Source of the DNA: an uncultured virus (IMG/VR IMGVR_UViG_3300037508_000348)
Lineage: Duplodnaviria; Heunggongvirae; Uroviricota; Caudoviricetes
Reading direction: 5' to 3' (one strand)
IMG/VR virus record: IMGVR_UViG_3300037508_000348
Length of the DNA stretch: 20,000 nt
Positions 8,264 through 14,790 of the stretch are shown here, piece by piece. Both the position numbers and the translations under genes were made by a program. The notes under the pieces were generated by a model. It was given only the letters and a program-made list of their open reading frames with translations. It was not told the origin of the DNA and made no database searches. Within the stretch, counting starts at the first letter, position 1; each line of letters opens with the position of its first letter.

Positions 8264-8986
8264 CTATTCGCTAGCCGCTTTACGCTTAGCCCATACCTCT
8301 TTCATAATAGCTGAGGTCTTAGCCCTAGCCTCTGGAGTACGCTTTGCGGCATTGCGTTTTTCGCGTATAGTTGGGTCGGTATTCAAATGCTTGTGCGTTT
8401 CACGCATTGGGTTATTTGGGTCTAACAGGCGCTGTCTACGTTTTTCTTTTGTCTCTTCCGAGTGTATAGGTCTACCTATCTTTTCTGCTATCCTAGCCGC
8501 TCTGTACTCGGGATCGGCCCATTTGTCCTTTATCTTTTTTCGCACTTCAGCCCTCTTAGCAGGGTTGTTTTCCCCAGAGTATCTAGCGACTATATGGGGC
8601 GCATTCATTCGTTCGATGGCCTTTGCTTTTATTTCTGGGTTGTGCATTGGGTTATTTGCCTTCATTCGTTCTCTAGTTTTTTCCCTAGCGGATTCGGGCA
8701 TTGTTTCTAGGCCCTCGCCACCTTTACGCATATTTGCTAAAGTGCCTGTACCTTGGGTTATGCGCCCATATTTTTCTATCAACGCTGCTTCCAGAGTTTG
8801 GGCCTCGCCTAAAGATGTTACTTTTATCACTTCTACGATAACATTATGAGCGCCTACCTCCTTAACCAGAGTTTTACAAAATGCACTCCTAGGGCTGGGG
8901 CCGGTCGGGTCAGTACGCCGTGTGTCTTTAGTGGCTCCAACGTAAAAGGGTACGCCATTAGGGTGCTTCCAAATGTAGACGAACAT
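8264..8986 (-). CDS. Free-standing GIY-YIG-type homing endonuclease with NUMOD3-like basic repeats
   Basis: FVY...FYVG, E..LI..YG....GTG.L.N...GGEG; HSEETKEK and NNPM repeats. Start moved to ATG 8986 (AGGAG at 8997-8993). Confidence 0.8.
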   Translation of the reverse strand: MFVYIWKHPNGVPFYVGATKDTRRTDPTGPSPRSAFCKTLVKEVGAHNVIVEVIKVTSLGEAQTLEAALIEKYGRITQGTGTLANMRKGGEGLETMPESAREKTRERMKANNPMHNPEIKAKAIERMNAPHIVARYSGENNPAKRAEVRKKIKDKWADPEYRAARIAEKIGRPIHSEETKEKRRQRLLDPNNPMRETHKHLNTDPTIREKRNAAKRTPEARAKTSAIMKEVWAKRKAASE

Positions 8987-9015
8987 CGTAGTCTCCTGAT
9001 TAACGCCAGAGCAAG

Positions 9016-9044
9016 AGTGTAACAAAATGCTTCAGAAATTGCAA
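9016..9044 (-). promoter_or_regulatory. Sigma70-like promoter for the antisense endonuclease
   Basis: Minus strand reads TTGCAA (9044-9039), 17 nt, TACACT (9021-9016) with extended TG at 9024-9023; about 30 nt above the start codon. Confidence 0.65.
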
Positions 9045-11405
9045 ATGAGGCCCGGAGTTAATAGGGAGTCAACATCTCTTGCTAACGAAGGGGGGTGGTA
9101 TGCCTGCGATAAGATTCGCTTCCGTTCAGGTCAGCCGGAAAACATCGGTGGGTGGACGTTTGCTTCAGATGATGTATATCTAGGGGCTTGTCGTGATCTG
9201 ACTGAGTGGGAGTCTCTAGCCAATTCCGGGGTGTCTTTCACTCTGCTGGGCATGGGGACTAACCTCAAATACTACATCGACTCCAACCAAGTCTTTTACG
9301 ATATCACACCCATAGCAGACTCTTTTGCTGCGGGCACGGTGTCCCTTGATACCATCTATTCAACGCTCGCTTCCTCGATCAGTGCTACTAGCACGGACAT
9401 TACTCTTGTCTCGGGTACGTCTTTTCAAAGAGCTTATCCTTTGGTCATCACCATTGGTTCAGAAGATATCTTTGTTCAGAATGTCAGTGGCAATACTCTC
9501 ACTGGCTGCTCACGAGGCTATAACGGCACTACAGCGGCGGCGTACAATTCAGGCGTTGCTGTCACCAGTCGATGGTTGATCCTTGCGGCTACGGCTCATG
9601 GCTCGGGTACAAATAACTTCGTCACTATAGGTGGGGCGACTGCGTTTGGGCCTTACACTGCCGCGCAGTTAAACAAGAACTTTCAGATCAAAGCGTTTAC
9701 TACCAATTACGTAGCCGTAGATGTTGGGGTACTGGCAACGTCGGCTTTAACGGGGCAGGGCGGTGCGGCTATCACCGCAGAGTTTGAGATCGACACGGGG
9801 GCTGAGTTTTCTACCCAAGGCGCAGGGTGGGGTGCGGGGGTTTGGAATGCTATGGTCTACAACGCGGGGCTCAGCACGGTAGCGGAAGAAGTAGATAACA
9901 CTGAGACGACAATCACTCTAGCCGATGCTTCGACCTTTCCGACTTCGGGGTATGCACTGCTCGAATCTGAAATTATTCAATACTCCGGTAAAAGTGGCAA
10001 TGACCTGACCGGGTGCATACGCGGAGCGCCTTCAAGCACAGCGACCTTCCACCAGAACGGTACGACGATAAGAGGCTTGGTCTATCAGTCAACAACACCT
10101 AGTGCAACGAATCCTGTTCGTGGTTGGAACACCCCCGCAGAGTTCGGCATCAACATTCCCATGCGCCTATGGAGCTCTGACTCGTTTGGTCAAGACTTGG
10201 TTTATAACATTCGCAACGGCGGAGTGTACTACTGGGCGGCAGCGGCCAATCTTGATCCTACGGGCGAGGTTACGCTGCATAGTGGTGTGAACATTATTGA
10301 TCTTCCCGGCGCGGATAGTTGGTCTCCTGAAGTGGGTGCCTATGCCTTTGTTTCTGAAGAACGACATATTGTGGTGCTAGGCACCAACGACCCCACAGCC
10401 ACGGAACCTAGCGCTCAAGACCCATTGTTGCTTCGCTGGTGCGAACAGGAAGACCCGTTGATCTGGGAGCCAACACCTGTCAACACGGCTGGGTTTCAAC
10501 GCATGGCCTATGGCAGTAAGCTGATTACGGCTGAAAAGACTCGACAGGAAGTGCTGATTTGGAGCGATAGCGCGCTGTATTCCATGCGCTATCTAGGCCC
10601 GCCCTACACCTTTGGGTTCAACACGATCTCAAACGAAGTCACTCTCGCCGGTCCTAATGCAGTCGTCACTGCCAGCAACATCACGTACTGGATGGGCTTG
10701 GAAAAATTCTATGTGTATTCTGGGCGTGTTGACACGCTCCCCTGCAGTCTGCGGCAGTACGTTTTTGATGATATTAACGAGTCGCAGTTGGATCAGGTCT
10801 ATGCGGGCACCAACGAAAAGTTTAATGAGGTATGGTGGTTCTACCCTTCGGCTTCCACTATCGGCGTGGACAATCCCACAAACGACCGCTATGTAGTCTA
10901 CAACTACCTTGAGAAAGTCTGGTACTACGGTCAAATGCCGCGCACCGCTTGGTACGATTCACATATCAGAGCTTTTCCGCTGGCGACCAGTGGAGGCAGA
11001 CTTTTGCTTCATGAGAACGGTGTAGATGACTACACCACCAACCCTCCAACACCCGTTGACTCCTTTATTGAATCTTCGGATTTCGACATCGGTGAGGGTG
11101 ACAACTTCTCGTTCATAAAGCGCATCATACCGGACGTAGACTTTATTGGGTCACTAACAAACACACCTTCTGTGACGATGACGGTATCGACGAGGAATTT
11201 CCCCGGTCAAGGCACTTTCACCTCCACAGATAGCGAAATAGTCTCCAGTAACAGAGTGTCACTGCAAGTGTACGATTACACGCACCAAGAATGGATTCGC
11301 CTGAGAGGAAGGCAGGTAGCCTTTAAGATTAGCAATAACTCTTTGGGTGTAAAATGGCAGTTGGGAGTCCCAAGAATCCAAGTGCAGCCAGACGGACGTA
11401 GATAA
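9027..11405 (+). CDS. Tail hub/nozzle (P22 gp10 / tail tubular B-like) protein
   Basis: 792 aa, beta-propeller-like C-terminal half (DPLLLRW..QE, EVWWFYP, RYVVYNY.E.VWY.G...RTAW.D, RLRGRQ...W.LG.PR....PDGRR); position between fibres and internal proteins. Confidence 0.72.
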   Translation: MLQKLQMRPGVNRESTSLANEGGWYACDKIRFRSGQPENIGGWTFASDDVYLGACRDLTEWESLANSGVSFTLLGMGTNLKYYIDSNQVFYDITPIADSFAAGTVSLDTIYSTLASSISATSTDITLVSGTSFQRAYPLVITIGSEDIFVQNVSGNTLTGCSRGYNGTTAAAYNSGVAVTSRWLILAATAHGSGTNNFVTIGGATAFGPYTAAQLNKNFQIKAFTTNYVAVDVGVLATSALTGQGGAAITAEFEIDTGAEFSTQGAGWGAGVWNAMVYNAGLSTVAEEVDNTETTITLADASTFPTSGYALLESEIIQYSGKSGNDLTGCIRGAPSSTATFHQNGTTIRGLVYQSTTPSATNPVRGWNTPAEFGINIPMRLWSSDSFGQDLVYNIRNGGVYYWAAAANLDPTGEVTLHSGVNIIDLPGADSWSPEVGAYAFVSEERHIVVLGTNDPTATEPSAQDPLLLRWCEQEDPLIWEPTPVNTAGFQRMAYGSKLITAEKTRQEVLIWSDSALYSMRYLGPPYTFGFNTISNEVTLAGPNAVVTASNITYWMGLEKFYVYSGRVDTLPCSLRQYVFDDINESQLDQVYAGTNEKFNEVWWFYPSASTIGVDNPTNDRYVVYNYLEKVWYYGQMPRTAWYDSHIRAFPLATSGGRLLLHENGVDDYTTNPPTPVDSFIESSDFDIGEGDNFSFIKRIIPDVDFIGSLTNTPSVTMTVSTRNFPGQGTFTSTDSEIVSSNRVSLQVYDYTHQEWIRLRGRQVAFKISNNSLGVKWQLGVPRIQVQPDGRR

Positions 11406-11409
11406 ATAG

Positions 11410-11832
11410 ATGAGTAAGTCAGGCAACGTCCCTCCCGCTCCGGTACTCCCGCTAGCTCCGCTAGAGTACGACATTCAGTTCCAGAATAATCTGGTGCGGC
11501 TGGTCAATTACTTCATCGAACAGGTCAATAACCCCGGCGATGTGCGGTGCTCGTCGCTGGTTGTGGCTAACTTCAACCCGGATGGGAATGCGTTCTCTGC
11601 GGCTCTTCCAACACCTATTGCAGCCACAGCTATGGTGGCGCTTTCGTACTATACTATCGTCACGGTAGGCACTACAAATTTCACACTGGTTGGCGCAGCA
11701 GACAACAACATAGGCACCACATTCAAAGCCACAGGTGCAGCGACAGGCACAGGTCGAGTGATTACAGGCTCACCCCACGGCACGGTATGGCGGGACACCG
11801 CTGCAGACAACACCCTAAAAATTATTCCTTGA
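11410..11832 (+). CDS. Small tail protein (needle/plug-like position)
   Basis: AP.LPLAP.EY followed by an amphipathic helix and a beta-rich C-terminus; directly after the nozzle. Confidence 0.55.
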   Translation: MSKSGNVPPAPVLPLAPLEYDIQFQNNLVRLVNYFIEQVNNPGDVRCSSLVVANFNPDGNAFSAALPTPIAATAMVALSYYTIVTVGTTNFTLVGAADNNIGTTFKATGAATGTGRVITGSPHGTVWRDTAADNTLKIIP

Positions 11833-11842
11833 GGTTACGATT

Positions 11843-13066
11843 ATGAGTTACGGTGGCATAGGCGGTCTTCTTAGTTCAGTAGGTGGCATGGCCTTGACTC
11901 CTGCTTTGGAGACGTATATTCAGGATTATTTGAGTAAGTCTTTGGTAGATGCGGATTTACTTAAAGACTTAGACCCAGAAGAAAGAGAGATGTTAGGGAA
12001 TGTCGCTGGCGGCACTCTAGGCACTCTACTCAGTACCGGACTCAATGCGGGCTTAGGATACGCTACGGGGGGTAAAGAAGGCGCAGCAGCAGGCGCAGCG
12101 CAAGGACTCATTATGGGTGGCGGTGCAGCCCTTCAGCACGACAAGTTCAAAGAAACTATGGGCATGGGAGCAGCGCCTAATAAACCTGCACCCGGAACGG
12201 CTATGGCTAGCACCTACGGTATAAACGAAGACCCCACAAAGATCACAGGTGCTGAAGCATGGAATGAAGCTGCTAGGAAAGCGCCTGTACAAATAGGAAA
12301 CACCTCGACAGCAGCCTCCGTACCAGAGGTTTCAAAAACGGTGGCGGTAACAGATAACACGAAGCCGGAAACGTCCGTAGGCGACAAGCCCGGCTATTTT
12401 GAATTAGCAGGCAAACTGGGGCTACCGGCTTGGACTATTGGTGCTGGGATCGGCAGTTCTATGGCCCGCTCAAACAAAATGCAGCAACTCGAAGAAGAGC
12501 GTAGGCGCAAAAAGCTCCAAGAAGAGCAGTACATGCAGAGCTTAATGGCCTCGCTGTATCCGGCGCAGCGCTTTAGCGAAGGGGGTATGACCGTCTCTTC
12601 CAATGCGGGGGCTCCTGCTTCTGTAACCTTTCCTGATTGGTTTATAGATGAGTTTGCGGGTACGGGCGGGTTAGGTAGTTATGCTTCAGGAGGGTATATC
12701 AACACCGAGCCGATGGACCCTGATACTGCTTATCCTCAGTCGATGATTCATAGGGCACGTCCCTATCCAGCCGCATCTCCCATACCGCACGAAGTTGTCA
12801 GTATGGAGAAAGGAGGTTTGCTAGAAGGCGAAGGCGATGGAATGAGTGACCATATCCCTGCCAATATAGATGGAAAAGAGCCTGTACGAGTAGCCGATGG
12901 GGAGTATGTAGTGCCTGCGAATATCGCGGAACGCTTTGGTGAAGAACGCTTACATGCTATGATGAACAAAGTCCGTAGCGCAGCCCATGCTAAAAAAGGT
13001 AAGCAAATTGTCGAGAATGCAGGCAAGCGGGCATTCATTCAAACCATGAGCCGAGTCAAAGCGTAA
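11843..13066 (+). CDS. Internal virion (ejection/pilot-like) protein
   Basis: Gly/Ala hydrophobic segments, three x-x-x-GG tags, C-terminal G.GDGMSD.IPA.....DGEYVVPA domain. Confidence 0.6.
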   Translation: MSYGGIGGLLSSVGGMALTPALETYIQDYLSKSLVDADLLKDLDPEEREMLGNVAGGTLGTLLSTGLNAGLGYATGGKEGAAAGAAQGLIMGGGAALQHDKFKETMGMGAAPNKPAPGTAMASTYGINEDPTKITGAEAWNEAARKAPVQIGNTSTAASVPEVSKTVAVTDNTKPETSVGDKPGYFELAGKLGLPAWTIGAGIGSSMARSNKMQQLEEERRRKKLQEEQYMQSLMASLYPAQRFSEGGMTVSSNAGAPASVTFPDWFIDEFAGTGGLGSYASGGYINTEPMDPDTAYPQSMIHRARPYPAASPIPHEVVSMEKGGLLEGEGDGMSDHIPANIDGKEPVRVADGEYVVPANIAERFGEERLHAMMNKVRSAAHAKKGKQIVENAGKRAFIQTMSRVKA

Positions 13067-13500
13067 TGAGCACAGAAGTTGCACCCGGATATATTATCCA
13101 TGAGTTTGATCTAAAACTCCAAGAGGCGCTTGCTAATGGAGAAGTCGCTCCGGGTGTACAAGAGATAACCCACTACCAGACTGATGACCTCTATGGCAGG
13201 CGATGCCGCATACCTTCGGGCACCGTTGGAGCTACACTCGTTCACAAATATGACCACATAGCCATCTGCTTGTCGGGGACTGTGGTGCTAGTAGATCAAA
13301 ACGGCGAGAAGCAAACTATCACCGCTCCTGCTGTAGTCATCACAAAAAAAGGCACACAACGGGCAGTCCTCGCTGTTACAGATGTTGATTGGGTAACTGT
13401 CCATCACTGCGAGAACCAAGACTTGGACAACATTGAGAGTATTCTGGGGTGTAAGACAATGGCCGAGTACCAGAATCTACTGACGCATACGGAGCACTAA
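13066..13500 (+). CDS. Cupin-fold phage protein
   Basis: Y.R...IP.G......H...H.....SG.V.......I.AP......G..R...A..D....TVH; TAATG coupling. Confidence 0.65.
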   Translation: MSTEVAPGYIIHEFDLKLQEALANGEVAPGVQEITHYQTDDLYGRRCRIPSGTVGATLVHKYDHIAICLSGTVVLVDQNGEKQTITAPAVVITKKGTQRAVLAVTDVDWVTVHHCENQDLDNIESILGCKTMAEYQNLLTHTEH

Positions 13501-13501
13501 C

Positions 13502-14362
13502 ATGTCGCTATTTGGAACATTAACCGCTATTGGGGGCGCTATTGCTTCTGCTGCTTCGGCTATCGGGGCACCTGTCGCTGGTCTTGCTTCTGCTATGGGG
13601 GCTTCTACAGCCACAGCGGGTACTATCGGATCAGTAGCAGGTTCAGCGGCATTAGGCTCGGCTTCAGGTGCTGCACTCACGGCTGCTACGGGGGGCGATC
13701 CGGGGCAAGGGGCTCTTTTGGGGGCACTCACTGGTGGCGCTACAGCGGGTCTTGGGGCATTGGGCGGCGCAGCCGCACCTGCGGGGGGTATAACAGGTCA
13801 AGCGGGTCAAGCGGCCACTGCAGCGCAACCGGCAGTCAGTGAGATCACTAAGGGAGTAGCCACTCCAGCATTTCAACAGGCAGCGGGCGGTATTCCCGGC
13901 GCGGCTCAAGTCGCAGCGGCAGAGCCTTCTGTTAGTGCTATAACTCAGGGTGTAGCTACTCCAGCATTCCAACAAGCATCTCAAACAGCGGCGGCTAATG
14001 CTGCAGGCAGCGGAGGTATTGGTTCTCTTCTTAGCAATAACACCGTTAAAGGTGTCGGCATGGACCTCGCCAAAGAAGGGATCGGAACGGGAATGGATAA
14101 TATGCAACAAGCGCAGCGATCAGAAGAAGGGAGAAAACTTGCTCAGCAGGCAAGCATGGACTTTCAAGCGGAGCGAGATCAGCAGAGTGCTGATATACGA
14201 AACAAAGTGGGTAAGACTTTTAGCGGTATGAACTTTGCTCAGGGCGGAGAAGTCGGTTTGAAAGAGGGACAGTTCATTATTCCAGCCGATGTTGTCAGTG
14301 CGTTGGGCAATGGGTCCACTAAAGCGGGTGCTAACTTCTTGGATGAGTTCTTCGGTGTATGA
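13502..14362 (+). CDS. Gly/Ala-rich internal virion (ejection-like) protein
   Basis: Glycine-zipper-like N-terminus; FAQGG; C-terminal EGQFIIPADVVSALGNGS..AG. Confidence 0.6.
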   Translation: MSLFGTLTAIGGAIASAASAIGAPVAGLASAMGASTATAGTIGSVAGSAALGSASGAALTAATGGDPGQGALLGALTGGATAGLGALGGAAAPAGGITGQAGQAATAAQPAVSEITKGVATPAFQQAAGGIPGAAQVAAAEPSVSAITQGVATPAFQQASQTAAANAAGSGGIGSLLSNNTVKGVGMDLAKEGIGTGMDNMQQAQRSEEGRKLAQQASMDFQAERDQQSADIRNKVGKTFSGMNFAQGGEVGLKEGQFIIPADVVSALGNGSTKAGANFLDEFFGV

Positions 14363-14772
14363 GTTGGAAAGCTAAAGTCGTCCCTGCTGACTTTGCAAAC
14401 GTAGTGTGGGATGAGGTTGAAGGTTTCCTAGAGAGGTCCGTTCAGTATTCTTATGGGGAATTGACGCTAGAGGAGATTAAAATGCGTGTGCTAGATGGTA
14501 CATGGCTTTTGATTGTGGCTATTGACGATTCTGATATAATTCGTGGAGCTTCTACTGTTACATTTTTTAACAGAACAGACAATCGCGTTGCTTATGTAAC
14601 CAGCATTGGAGGGCGGCTTTTAGCTAACCTCGACACTTTTTCGCAATACTGTGACATTCTCAGACAGCATGGTGCTACTTGTATTGAAGGTGCTGTAAGA
14701 GATTCCCTGATGCGCTTATGGGCTAGGCTTGGTGCCCATAAAAAAACCACCATTGTACAGATAGCGCTATAA
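14359..14772 (+). CDS. GNAT-fold-like phage protein (position equivalent to P22 gp14)
   Basis: 137 aa; W..V...L, L.V......GA, ..IGG, G...IEG..R....RLW..LG pattern; ATGA coupling. Confidence 0.5.
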   Translation: MSWKAKVVPADFANVVWDEVEGFLERSVQYSYGELTLEEIKMRVLDGTWLLIVAIDDSDIIRGASTVTFFNRTDNRVAYVTSIGGRLLANLDTFSQYCDILRQHGATCIEGAVRDSLMRLWARLGAHKKTTIVQIAL

Positions 14773-14790
14773 ATTTACGAGGTCACTATT

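Noticed and set aside
8259..8849. 196-aa + strand ORF opposite the endonuclease
   Set aside because: Its Phe/Ser/Leu-rich composition is what the reverse complement of a Lys/Glu/Arg-rich gene gives; its RBS is better explained as a relic
8987..9025. Longer 253-aa start for the endonuclease
   Set aside because: This stretch holds the SD and -10 box; ATG 8986 fits better
8259..9026. Group I intron interrupting the nozzle gene
   Set aside because: The antisense ORF and its leader fill the interval, leaving no room for a ribozyme core
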